Source: Smithella sp. M82 (GTDB lineage Bacteria; Desulfobacterota; Syntrophia; Syntrophales; Smithellaceae). From it: 64,000 nt of DNA. Location of the stretch: NCBI GenBank assembly GCA_001683985.1, contig MAEO01000181.1, positions 4,939 to 68,938 of the forward strand, written 5' to 3'. Under the pieces are notes generated by a model. That model worked only from the letters and a program-made list of their open reading frames with translations. It made no database searches and had not been told where the DNA came from. The position numbers and the translations under genes were made by a program. Shown here in pieces: positions 41,260 through 50,546 of this stretch. Each line of letters begins with the position of its first letter. The first letter of the stretch is position 1.

Positions 41260-42354
41260 TTAATAATATTTATAATAAGTTGAGCACGTGCCTTCCGATG
41301 AGACCATGCAGGGCCCTATTGGATTTGCAGGCGTACAGATTTTTTTGAATAGAGGGCAGTCATTGGGTAATTTGATGCCGCGCAAAATATCGCCGCAGCC
41401 GCAGCCGGATATGTCAGCGGACTTTATATCAGGCACATCGAATCGTTTAAGTGTATCGAATGATGCGAAATCGTTTTGCAGCGTAAGTCCGCTGACAGGG
41501 ATTATGCCAAGACCGCGCCATTCGGCATCCGTTGTTTCAAATACGGATTGCAGAAGATTCATTGCCCGCGTATTTCCTTCCGGCCGAACACCGCGGCTGT
41601 ATTGAATGGCGACTTCCTTCTTTCCGCTTTCAATTTGCTGCAAGAGTATCCATATTCCTTCCAAAATATCCGCCGGCTCAAATCCGGTGATAACAGCAGC
41701 GCAACCGGCATCGGGAATCATTTGATAAGCGGCAGCCCCGATCATTGTGCTTACATGACCGGGACATAAAAATCCGTCGATGTTCAGAAGCGGATCGGCC
41801 AGAAGCGCATTAATGGCCGGAGGCACGATCTTGTGAACGGAAAAGACGGAAAAGTTTTTTATATCTTTTTTACTGCAGGTAGCGACGACTGCCGCTATAG
41901 TGGGTGTGGTAGTCTCAAAGCCGATGCCCATCATAATAATTTCTTTTTGAGGATTAGCCAGCGCAAGTGTTATGCATTCGTCGGCTGAAGAAACGACCCG
42001 GACATAGGCTCCGGAGGCACGCTTCTTTTGCAGACTTTCTCCTCCTGTGCCGGGAACTCTCAGCATATCGCCGAATGTGGCAAATATAACATTATCAATG
42101 CCTGCCAGATACAAGGCTATATCCACATCGCGTGCAGAAGTCACACAGACAGGACAGCCCGGTCCGGAAATAAGCCTGATATTATCAGGCAGAAGTTTAC
42201 GAATTCCAAAACGGCCGATGGCATACGTGTGACTGCCGCATATTTCCATGATCGTCACGGTATGCGATATCTTTTGCGCTGTTGTTTCAATGCGTTTTAG
42301 AAGCGCTGTAACAACGGCGGGATCTCTGTATTCGTCAATATATTTCATGATCAA
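41260..42354 (-). CDS. hypD: Hydrogenase maturation protein HypD
   Basis: MEICGSHT, GPGCPVC, PGHVS, GPCMVSSEGTC. Confidence 0.98.
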   Translation of the reverse strand: MIMKYIDEYRDPAVVTALLKRIETTAQKISHTVTIMEICGSHTYAIGRFGIRKLLPDNIRLISGPGCPVCVTSARDVDIALYLAGIDNVIFATFGDMLRVPGTGGESLQKKRASGAYVRVVSSADECITLALANPQKEIIMMGIGFETTTPTIAAVVATCSKKDIKNFSVFSVHKIVPPAINALLADPLLNIDGFLCPGHVSTMIGAAAYQMIPDAGCAAVITGFEPADILEGIWILLQQIESGKKEVAIQYSRGVRPEGNTRAMNLLQSVFETTDAEWRGLGIIPVSGLTLQNDFASFDTLKRFDVPDIKSADISGCGCGDILRGIKLPNDCPLFKKICTPANPIGPCMVSSEGTCSTYYKYY

Positions 42355-42565
42355 TAATCTCTTTTAAAAAATCCAGTTTTTCTTTAGCGGTGTCGGGATC
42401 GATTTTATGAATTGCGTAACCCGCGTGACTGATCACATAGTCGCCCACTTCGGCCGGCTCGTCGATGATGTCCAGGCAGACCTCGCGTTGCGTACCGCTG
42501 ATGTCGATAATCGCATAATTATTTTCATCAATGGAAATAATTTTTCCGGGGAATCCTATGCACAT
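42335..42565 (-). CDS. hypC: Hydrogenase chaperone HypC
   Basis: MCIGFPGK, GDYVISHAGYAI. Confidence 0.96.
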   Translation of the reverse strand: MCIGFPGKIISIDENNYAIIDISGTQREVCLDIIDEPAEVGDYVISHAGYAIHKIDPDTAKEKLDFLKEIIDHEIY

Positions 42566-42571
42566 ATAATT

Positions 42572-42916
42572 TTAATCCACATCCAGTTCTAAAATTTTCA
42601 ATTCTTCCGTTCCCGCGGTCAAAACAACTTCATGGCCGCCACAGGAAGGGCAAACGCCTGTATGAATTTCCACTTCTAAATCTTTTTCACAGGAAAAGCA
42701 ATGTATCATAGCCGGCAAAATCTGAAATTCCAGTACAGCTCCTTCTGCCGCCGTGCCTTTGGCCTGTACATCAAAAGCAAATTGCAGAGTTTTCGACTCT
42801 ATACAGGAAAGACGGCCACAGGAAAGAAATACAATGTTTACTTTTTTAAATCCATTATGTTCAGCATAGTTGCTTATTATATTAATAATGGATTCGGCAA
42901 GATACAGCTCATGCAT
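42572..42916 (-). CDS. hypA: Ni metallochaperone HypA
   Basis: MHE, CFSC, CPSC. Confidence 0.96.
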   Translation of the reverse strand: MHELYLAESIINIISNYAEHNGFKKVNIVFLSCGRLSCIESKTLQFAFDVQAKGTAAEGAVLEFQILPAMIHCFSCEKDLEVEIHTGVCPSCGGHEVVLTAGTEELKILELDVD

Positions 42917-43406
42917 CAGACACTCTTTCCGGTTTTATGTTGAGTTTTTCCAACTCGACCAACAAAAATTTTTCCATAACATCGAACTTATCATACAGAA
43001 AAGGGGACATTTCCATACGCAAGTCTTTGTAATTATGAGGCACAATACAGAGAAATATCGTGTTCGGCGCCTCGCCAATGAGTTCCGCTTTAAAAAGAAC
43101 GTCAGGAAATGTCACCTCATGAGCTGTAGTCGGAGGCGGCATATGCAATTCCATTTCCTCTTTGTTGAAGCGGTAAATGGAACCTGGTGTATCCTGCACT
43201 TTTAATACATCGATAATAATCAGATTATCACAACTGCAGATAATGTCCAGCAGGGCGTAACCAAGAGTACCGCCGTCAATTATACGAACGTTATCATTTG
43301 TACGATAACGCTTTGAAAACCGGCGTGCGAAATGGATGCCGAAACCTTCGTCGCCCATCAAAATGTTGCCAATACCTAATATGGTAAGAAAATTTCTTTT
43401 CGACAT
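42909..43406 (-). CDS. hyaD: Hydrogenase maturation endopeptidase (HyaD/HybD family)
   Basis: LGIGNILMGDEGFG, IDGGTLG, TAHE; real start MSKRNF at 43406, the ORF-track extension is repeat translation. Confidence 0.9.
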   Translation of the reverse strand: MSKRNFLTILGIGNILMGDEGFGIHFARRFSKRYRTNDNVRIIDGGTLGYALLDIICSCDNLIIIDVLKVQDTPGSIYRFNKEEMELHMPPPTTAHEVTFPDVLFKAELIGEAPNTIFLCIVPHNYKDLRMEMSPFLYDKFDVMEKFLLVELEKLNIKPERVSDA

Positions 43407-43413
43407 ATTCAAT

Positions 43414-43620
43414 TTCACTCGAAAATGCACATCTAAGTCATTGTTTATATTGTTATTTAAAACTATCCTCATCAAATCCCCCTCAATCCCCCTTTTTCTA
43501 AAGGGGGAAATTCCCCTCTTGGGCAAAGAGGGCAGGGCTTGAGTTCCCCCCTTTTCTAAAGGGGGGTGAGGGGGGATTTTCATGCTCCTTTGTGACGGAG
43601 ACCGTCATGTGGGTTTCATA
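43414..43620 (-). mobile_element. Copy B of the 19 kb/48.8 kb element carrying an internal CCCCCTTT..AAAGGGGG palindrome block
   Basis: Ends TTCACTCGAAAATGCAC and TTTGTGACGGAGACCGTCATGTGGGTTTCATA match copies A and C; 43475-43580 holds CCCCCTTTTTCTAAAGGGGG-type palindromes. Confidence 0.8.
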
Positions 43621-43623
43621 TGA

Positions 43624-43660
43624 CCAAAAAAAGGGAGAATAACGTTCTCTCCCTTTTTGG
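43624..43660 (-). terminator. Intrinsic terminator after the hydrogenase structural genes
   Basis: AAAAAGGGAGA...TCTCCCTTTTT stem with T tract. Confidence 0.75.
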
Positions 43661-43685
43661 TGTATCCTTAAAATTAAATACTATA

Positions 43686-44354
43686 CTATTTTAGTTTCTT
43701 GAAAATGTTTCCGCTGATCATGGATGACACGGTGCCTTTCTTCAGAATGGCATCATACCAGAAGGCCATGTAAATGTGCGCCACGATGAACAGAATGAAG
43801 AACCACGTGAAAATGTGGTGAACATAACGAACAACGGATAATCCGCCCATTATTTTTTCTACTGGACGCAGGATTTTGTAGGCGATAGCTGTGAATCCGG
43901 CGTGGTATCCGGCGCCCATTAAAATCAAGCCGGTGATCACAATAACAAAAACCATGAACATCAATCCTGTGTAAGCCAAAGACTGCATCGGTCCGTACAG
44001 AGTTTTATATTCAGGTCCTTCTTTCTTGATAAGCAGGTAGAATTTTATCTGGTCAATTGTCGTCTTTATATCGGTCCAGGCGAAGAAATCTTTCCAATCA
44101 GCATGAAAACGGGAGAAAAAGGCCAGATAGATTCTCCAGAGGAATAGGAAAACCAGAAAAACTCCAAAGAGAATGTGGGCATACCTGATATTTCCCATCA
44201 GGAATTTATCCACAGTCTCTCCACTTGCTATCGTAAATGGCTCGGCAATACAGAAACCGGTTGCAATCAGTATGAAGATTGAGATAGCCATGGCCCAGTG
44301 GTTAATGCGCATGGCCACAGACCATTCTTTTTCACTAGTGAACTTTTTTTCCAC
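43686..44354 (-). CDS. hyaC: [NiFe] hydrogenase b-type cytochrome subunit
   Basis: RINHW, RYAH, GPMQSLAY, RYVHH, AHIYMA; 4 TMs. Confidence 0.93.
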   Translation of the reverse strand: MEKKFTSEKEWSVAMRINHWAMAISIFILIATGFCIAEPFTIASGETVDKFLMGNIRYAHILFGVFLVFLFLWRIYLAFFSRFHADWKDFFAWTDIKTTIDQIKFYLLIKKEGPEYKTLYGPMQSLAYTGLMFMVFVIVITGLILMGAGYHAGFTAIAYKILRPVEKIMGGLSVVRYVHHIFTWFFILFIVAHIYMAFWYDAILKKGTVSSMISGNIFKKLK

Positions 44355-44375
44355 GGTAACCTCCTTAATTATTGC

Positions 44376-46052
44376 TTACGCCACTTTAAATTTTTTAATT
44401 TCATTTGTCTTCGGATCAATTATATGCACAGCGCAGGCCATACATGGATCGAAAGAATGAATAGTCCTGATGATTTCCAAAGGCTGATCTACATTTGCCA
44501 ATTTCGTACCAATCAATGACTCCTCATAAGGACCGCGTAAACCGGCCTTGTCACGTGGCGAACAATTCCATGTAGAGGGAACAACAGCCTGATAATTGGA
44601 AATAACGCCCTTTTCTATCTTGATCCAGTGTCCCAGAGCGCCGCGCGGCACTTCCGTCATGCCACGTCCCTTAGCCGGTTTCTTAGGCACATCACAACGG
44701 GTCCATGTGCGGGTATCGCCCTTCTTGATGTTGGCGATCAATTCATTGACCCATCCTTCAGTGTTGTCCGTCATCAGTTTGGTTTCCAATGCACGCGCAG
44801 CCGTTCTGCCGAGTGTGGAGAACAAAACTGTTGCGGGAAGTCCCGTCTTTTTCAAGGTGGAATCGATAAGCGGCTTGATGTTTTTGTCGTCCTGAGCATA
44901 ACCTACAATCATACGGGCAAGCGGGCCTACTTCATATGGCTTGTTGTCATAACGGGGAGCTTTGCACCAGGAGTATTTTTCATCGCCTTTGACATTTCCG
45001 TTCTTGTCAAAACCGGTATATTTAGGTTCTGTCGTTCCATCATAGGGATGTTCGGGTTTCTTGGATTCATACCATGAATGTGTGGCCTCTTCCGTTATTT
45101 TTGTTTCATCAAGTGGCAATGGTTTAGCCAGATTTCTGTCTTTGACAATGCCGCGTGGGAAGAGAAGTTTGTTCCAATCGTCATCCAGCGGGAATCCGCC
45201 GTAGGCCAGGTAATTCTTTACACCGCCACCGATACCTTTGAGTCCTTCGTCTTTGTAGTAGGTTGCAGCCAGAAGGATATCAGGCAGGTAAGCAGTTTCA
45301 AAGAAATTCTTCATTTCCTTGAAGCGGAACAGGTACTGACCCATGCGTTCGGCGTCAAACAGATCCATGCCGGATGTTATACCGCCAACGACCAAAGTTT
45401 GCGGATGAGGATTCTTTCCGCCTAGTATAGCCATCATCTGTGCACTTACCTTGGAAATAGCCAATGCATCCAGATAATGTGAAAGAATAATTAAGTTTGC
45501 TTCAGGCGGCAGTTTATAGGAAGGATTGCCCCAGTAAGCGTTGGCAAAGGGTCCTAAACGACCTGATTTGACGAATTTTGTGACTCTTTCCTGAACTGCC
45601 TGGTAATGTGTTGCCGAGCAGTTATAAGGATTGGGGCAATAGGCCTTGGCCATTTCCACGGCCTTTGCCGGAGCGGCTTTAAGAGCGCTGACCACATCCA
45701 CCCAGTCCAGACCGTGCAGATGATAAAAATGCATTATATGGTCGGTAAGATACTGTGCCGAGTTAATGAGGTTACGGGCTATTCTGGCGTTTGGTGGCGG
45801 TTTAACGCCGAAAGCGTCTTCGCAGGCCAGAATACTGGTTTCGTAATGCGAGAATGTACAAACACCGCAAATACGCTGAGTAATCAAACCTGCATCGCGC
45901 GGGTCGCGTCCTTTGAGAATAGTCTCAATACCGCGCCATAGCGTGATACTGCTCCAGGCGTCTTTAACGACGTTGTTACTGTCAACTTCTACTTCAATTC
46001 TTAAATGTCCCTCAATTCTGGTAATGGGATCGATAATTATTCGTTTAGTCAT
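44376..46052 (-). CDS. hyaB: Group 1 [NiFe] hydrogenase large subunit
   Basis: DPITRIEGH, QRICGVC (L1), SFDPCMACAVH (L2) plus cleavable tail. Confidence 0.97.
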   Translation of the reverse strand: MTKRIIIDPITRIEGHLRIEVEVDSNNVVKDAWSSITLWRGIETILKGRDPRDAGLITQRICGVCTFSHYETSILACEDAFGVKPPPNARIARNLINSAQYLTDHIMHFYHLHGLDWVDVVSALKAAPAKAVEMAKAYCPNPYNCSATHYQAVQERVTKFVKSGRLGPFANAYWGNPSYKLPPEANLIILSHYLDALAISKVSAQMMAILGGKNPHPQTLVVGGITSGMDLFDAERMGQYLFRFKEMKNFFETAYLPDILLAATYYKDEGLKGIGGGVKNYLAYGGFPLDDDWNKLLFPRGIVKDRNLAKPLPLDETKITEEATHSWYESKKPEHPYDGTTEPKYTGFDKNGNVKGDEKYSWCKAPRYDNKPYEVGPLARMIVGYAQDDKNIKPLIDSTLKKTGLPATVLFSTLGRTAARALETKLMTDNTEGWVNELIANIKKGDTRTWTRCDVPKKPAKGRGMTEVPRGALGHWIKIEKGVISNYQAVVPSTWNCSPRDKAGLRGPYEESLIGTKLANVDQPLEIIRTIHSFDPCMACAVHIIDPKTNEIKKFKVA

Positions 46053-46057
46053 GGTTC

Positions 46058-47230
46058 TTATTCTCCTTTATGTCGGATTCCGCTGGCTACAGCATGGGCA
46101 GCAACTCCAGCTACAGCTACGCCGGTAAGAGCGATGCCGATATTATCAACGGTTTTTTCTCCGCCGCCGTAAATTTTATCGGGAAGAGGTTTTTCATACG
46201 GCGCCATAGTATCCCAGAAGTCGGCTTCCGTGCAGCCGATACAACCGTGACCGGCCATAATCGGCCAGGAAATGCCGTCATTGAAACGAACTTTGCCGCA
46301 ATTGGCATAAGTGTAAGGACCTTTGCAACCCATTTTGTAAAGACACCAGCCCTTGAGAGCGCCTTGGTCGCCCCATTCTTCAACGAATTCCGACGCGTCG
46401 AAATGCGGTCTTCTTTCACAATAATCGTGGATGCGTTTTCCGTATGCCCAAATCGGTCTTCCCAGGTTGTCCAGAGCGGGCAGAGCACCGAACATTAAAT
46501 AATGAAGAAGTGTTCCAGTGAAGTTCACTGCATTGGGAGGACATCCGGCTATATTAACAGTGGAAACGCCGATTGCTTTTTTGACACTCACGGCATCCGT
46601 CGGATTGGGAGAGGCTGCCTGAACACCTCCGAAGGAGGAGCATGTGCCGATGCAGAGCACAGCCGCTGCTTTTTTGGCAACTTCTTTGGCTACTTCAATG
46701 CCCGTTTTCCCTTTTGGACCCAATGTCAGGTATTTACCATGGAGACCGCGCGGTATGCCACCTTCAATTACGCAAATGAATTTGCCGGAAAAATCTTTTA
46801 CTGCTTTTTCCAGGTTCTGTTCCGCCTGATAGCCGGAAGCTGCCATTAGTGTTTCATGATATTCCAGAGAAATGGTTTCCAGCAGGATGTTGTCAACATT
46901 CGGGTACGAGGAACGTAAAAAAGCCTCTGAACATCCGGTGCATTCGGCAAAATGCAGCCAGATTATGGGAAGACGGCTGAAATTTTCCGCTGCTTTGGCG
47001 ACCATCGGACGGAACATCGGCGGAAGCATCAGCGCCGCAGTCATAGCCGATGTCCACTTAATGAAATCTCTACGACTTACGCCACGTTCTTTTAAAACCG
47101 CCAGAAAATCTTCCCTCGGTTCAGGTAGATCTTTTTCAATTTTTTCCATATGAACCTGACAATGCTTCATCAGATCACGATACTGCGTGTCGATCATTTT
47201 TTTGTATTCAGAACTTTTTCCTTTTGCCAT
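46058..47230 (-). CDS. hyaA: Group 1 [NiFe] hydrogenase small subunit with Tat signal and C-terminal anchor
   Basis: SRRDFIK, AECTGCSE, GCPP, HDYCERR, CLYKMGCKGP, CIGC; hydrophobic C-terminal helix. Confidence 0.97.
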   Translation of the reverse strand: MAKGKSSEYKKMIDTQYRDLMKHCQVHMEKIEKDLPEPREDFLAVLKERGVSRRDFIKWTSAMTAALMLPPMFRPMVAKAAENFSRLPIIWLHFAECTGCSEAFLRSSYPNVDNILLETISLEYHETLMAASGYQAEQNLEKAVKDFSGKFICVIEGGIPRGLHGKYLTLGPKGKTGIEVAKEVAKKAAAVLCIGTCSSFGGVQAASPNPTDAVSVKKAIGVSTVNIAGCPPNAVNFTGTLLHYLMFGALPALDNLGRPIWAYGKRIHDYCERRPHFDASEFVEEWGDQGALKGWCLYKMGCKGPYTYANCGKVRFNDGISWPIMAGHGCIGCTEADFWDTMAPYEKPLPDKIYGGGEKTVDNIGIALTGVAVAGVAAHAVASGIRHKGE

Positions 47231-47613
47231 ATTTCCTCCTTTACAATAATCTAAGGCTGTTCACTTGGGTGTAACACGCCTATATTAAATTTCTTTTAAC
47301 TTTGTAGTTTTGTGATTAAATACAGGATCTAAATTTTATAGATGACACTGTCTTTAATAAATAAAACTCAGCTAAAATTTATTATGCCATAACTAGCATA
47401 ATAAAAATTTTTGTAAACTTAATATTCCATCATTATTGAGAAATAAATTCTTACAAAATGACCGTTAGTCACTAGCACAATAAAGAATGTTTGTAAAGCT
47501 ATTTTTAAAAATTTAAATGATTGATATTATTAGAATATATGTAACATACGTGATCTTAGAGTCTTTTGATTAAAAATTTTTCATCAAATAATTAGTCTTT
47601 TTTATTAAATAAC

Positions 47614-47659
47614 TTGACAGGGACGCAAAGTGGTGTTACAAATATTATAAATGTAACAC
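47614..47659 (+). promoter_or_regulatory. nik(MN)QO promoter with NikR operator GTGTTAC-N13-GTAACAC (47633-47659)
   Basis: TTGACA at 47614; perfect palindrome overlapping the -10 region; spacing as described for Geobacter NikR. Confidence 0.85.
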
Positions 47660-47678
47660 TTATGGAGAGTTGATAAAG

Positions 47679-47753
47679 ATGCGGAAAAAAACAGCGATTG
47701 GTTTGATGTGTTTGGCATTGTTGATCATTTCATCACCTTTCGGGCCGGGGTAG
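47679..47753 (+). pseudogene. 24-codon signal-peptide-like stub
   Basis: RBS GGAG, then MRKKTAIGLMCLALLIISSPFGPG*. Confidence 0.45.
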
Positions 47754-47780
47754 CTTTAAGATTTTAAAGGAAATTTTATC

Positions 47781-48815
47781 ATGCATATGGCGGATGCTCT
47801 ACTTTCACCTGTGGTGGGAGCAACGATGTGGACTGGGTCGGTGGCGGCCATAGGATATTCGTCAAAGAAACTTAAAGAGAATATAGACAATAAAACTATT
47901 CCCTTGATGGGAGTAATGGGTGCATTTGTTTTTGCGGCTCAGATGATTAACTTTACTATTCCCGGTACCGGCTCTAGCGGACACATCGGCGGAGGCATGA
48001 TCTTGGCTGTTATACTTGGTCCGTACGCGGCGTTTCTCGCCATGGCCTCGATATTGACGGTACAAGCGTTGTTTTTTGCTGATGGCGGATTACTTGCTTT
48101 AGGCTGTAATATTTGGAATTTGGGAATATATCCATGTTTCCTTTTATATCCCCTGGTCTACAAACCAATTGCGGGAGAAGGAAAAGATGCGCGGCGAATA
48201 GCCGTTGCCGCAATTATAAGCGTGGTTATTGCACTACAACTAGGAGCTTTCTCCGTCGTTCTGGAAACACTATTATCTGGAAAGAGCGAACTGCCCTTTG
48301 GCACATTTGTAATGCTTATGCAGCCGATTCATCTGGCTATAGGTTTGGTGGAAGGAATTATCACGGCCGGAATTATCAACTATGTAAGAAACACCCGACC
48401 GGAAATCCTTAAAGCCAATTCTATATCACGTCCATTAGATACCAGTATTTCTATAAAAAATGTTCTTGTAGCCTTTTTAATTCTGGCCGTGATTACCGGC
48501 GGGGCACTTTCATGGTTTGCATCAACCCATCCGGACGGTTTGGAATGGTCTATTGAAAAGGTGACCGGCAAAGGCGAATTAGCTGAAGCTACGCAAGGCG
48601 TTGCTCCGGCTCTCAAGGAGCTTCAGGGGAAAACAGCGTTTTTACCTGACTATGGATTTAAATCTTCCGCCGGCGTAGATTCGCAAGAAAACGAAGTTGC
48701 TGTCTGGCCTGGAATTGAAGCCGGCACTTCGGTTGCCGGTATTGTTGGCGGAATAATTGTTCTAATGTTTACTTTATTTATCGGCTTGGGGATCCGGCTT
48801 TTCAAAAAACAATAA
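47781..48815 (+). CDS. nikM: ECF nickel transporter S component, NikM-NikN fusion
   Basis: N-terminal MHMADA, AFVFAAQM, GSSGH, C-terminal PDGLE. Confidence 0.9.
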   Translation: MHMADALLSPVVGATMWTGSVAAIGYSSKKLKENIDNKTIPLMGVMGAFVFAAQMINFTIPGTGSSGHIGGGMILAVILGPYAAFLAMASILTVQALFFADGGLLALGCNIWNLGIYPCFLLYPLVYKPIAGEGKDARRIAVAAIISVVIALQLGAFSVVLETLLSGKSELPFGTFVMLMQPIHLAIGLVEGIITAGIINYVRNTRPEILKANSISRPLDTSISIKNVLVAFLILAVITGGALSWFASTHPDGLEWSIEKVTGKGELAEATQGVAPALKELQGKTAFLPDYGFKSSAGVDSQENEVAVWPGIEAGTSVAGIVGGIIVLMFTLFIGLGIRLFKKQ

Positions 48816-48825
48816 CATCTCCTTT

Positions 48826-48914
48826 TTCACTCGAAAATGCACCTCTAATATATTGATTTAATTATATACATTTTCATCCTGCTTTGTGACGGATACCGTC
48901 ATGTGGGTTTCATA
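48826..48914 (-). mobile_element. Small element without terminal inverted repeats, copy C
   Basis: Exact reverse complement of 19027-19115. Confidence 0.85.
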
Positions 48915-48958
48915 TCATGCGCCTTGGTAAAAAATAACTGGAGTTATAACCGAGGCGT

Positions 48959-49813
48959 ATGATATTTAAACACCTATCGAAAAGGATGTTGCCGGATGAA
49001 ATCATGACCTTTGACGAAAAATATTACAATATCGGATTTATTGATCAGTTATCTTACAAGGATACCTTTGTTCATCGATTAGATCCAAGAGCAAAATTGA
49101 TTGCCACACTGCTTTTTCTATTTACCGTAATTTCTTTTTCTAAATATGAATTAACCGCTTTATTGCCTTTTTTTCTTTACCCGGCGCTTTTGATGACCAT
49201 CGGAGAAATTCCATTTATGTTTATTTTCAAAAAAATTGTTCTGGTTTCGCCGTTTGCCGTTTTTATAGGAATTTTTAATCCTTTTCTGGATTCGGGACAA
49301 GTGTCTATCTTCCAGGGACTGACGATTTCGGCGGGATGGCTCTCTTTTTTCTCGATTATGATCAAGTTCACCTTAACGGTCAGCACAGCGCTTTTGCTTA
49401 TCGCAACTACTTCTTTTCCGAATGTGTGCCATTCTCTCAGACAATGGGGACTCCCTTCTCTTTTTGTTTCACAACTTTCTTTTCTCTATCGTTATATCTT
49501 TGTACTAATGGAAGAAGCCATGAGGATTATTCGGGCGAGGAATATGCGATCTTACGGGAAACGCGGTAAAGGCATCAGGATATTTGTACGTATAGTCGGA
49601 ATACTTTTTGTTCGCACCGTTGAGAGAGCGGAGCGGATTTACTTCGCTATGCTTTCCCGTGGATTTCAGGGAGATATGCCTTCGCTCAAGCGTTTTCATA
49701 TTAAAACGGGCGATGTTATTTTTGTCGTATCCGTTGCTGTTTTTCTCTATGTTTTCCGGTTCTATCCGGCGACTCAAATACTGGGCAGATATGTTCAGGG
49801 AGTTTTTTCGTGA
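48959..49813 (+). CDS. nikQ: ECF T component NikQ/CbiQ (start uncertain)
   Basis: HRLDPRAKL, YRYIFVL.EEA.R...AR, ERAERIYFAMLSRGF. Confidence 0.9.
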   Translation: MIFKHLSKRMLPDEIMTFDEKYYNIGFIDQLSYKDTFVHRLDPRAKLIATLLFLFTVISFSKYELTALLPFFLYPALLMTIGEIPFMFIFKKIVLVSPFAVFIGIFNPFLDSGQVSIFQGLTISAGWLSFFSIMIKFTLTVSTALLLIATTSFPNVCHSLRQWGLPSLFVSQLSFLYRYIFVLMEEAMRIIRARNMRSYGKRGKGIRIFVRIVGILFVRTVERAERIYFAMLSRGFQGDMPSLKRFHIKTGDVIFVVSVAVFLYVFRFYPATQILGRYVQGVFS

Positions 49814-50544
49814 GTCATCATATCGTAGAGTTTAAAAATGTATCATTTTGCTACCCGGACGGCACAAAAGCACTGCGGGATATTTCTTTTCGTATCACAC
49901 ATGGCGAGTCGGTAGGCATTATTGGCGCTAATGGAGCGGGCAAATCTACCTTGCTTATGCACATGAACGGCTATCTCATGCCCACTTCAGGAACTGTAAA
50001 TATCGGTGATATTTATCTGACTCGTCAAACACGACAGGAAATCCGCAGAAAAGTCGGAATTGTTTTTCAAAATCCCGATGATCAACTGTTTATGCCGACT
50101 GTTTATGAAGACGTAGCCTTTGGTCCTCTCAATTTGGGCATGGATGAAAATGCCGTGAGGGAGAGAGTAGAATATGCTCTGAATCTGGTAAGCGGCCTTG
50201 AACTACAAAATAAACCGCCGCATCACCTCTCCAGTGGCCAAAAGAGCGCTGTGGCCATTGCAGCAGTCATTGCCGTGGAACCGGATATTCTGGCTATGGA
50301 CGAACCGGCGGCAAATCTAGATCCCAAATCAAGGCGATTGCTTATCAATTTGCTCAAAACCTTCGAGCATTCGAAGATAATTGCCTCACACGATCTTGAT
50401 CTGATTATGGATGTATGTCATCGTTGCATTGTCATCAAAGAAGGCGCCGTGGTGGCCGACGGACCTGTTTCGGAAATACTCACCGACAAAAAGCTTCTGG
50501 AAGAAAATAATCTGGAGCTGCCCCTGTCGCTTCAGAGAAATTGA
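49810..50544 (+). CDS. nikO: ECF ATPase NikO/CbiO
   Basis: GANGAGKS, FQNPDDQLF, LSSGQK, DEP, SHD. Confidence 0.92.
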   Translation: MSHHIVEFKNVSFCYPDGTKALRDISFRITHGESVGIIGANGAGKSTLLMHMNGYLMPTSGTVNIGDIYLTRQTRQEIRRKVGIVFQNPDDQLFMPTVYEDVAFGPLNLGMDENAVRERVEYALNLVSGLELQNKPPHHLSSGQKSAVAIAAVIAVEPDILAMDEPAANLDPKSRRLLINLLKTFEHSKIIASHDLDLIMDVCHRCIVIKEGAVVADGPVSEILTDKKLLEENNLELPLSLQRN

Positions 50545-50546
50545 CC

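Noticed and set aside
43407-43583. N-terminal extension of HyaD (KIPPHPPLEKGG...)
   Set aside because: Conceptual translation of the CCCCCTTT/AAAGGGGG repeat; the family starts near MSKRNF
44430-44450. Possible [NiFeSe] hydrogenase
   Set aside because: The L2 codon is TGT (DPCMAC), not TGA
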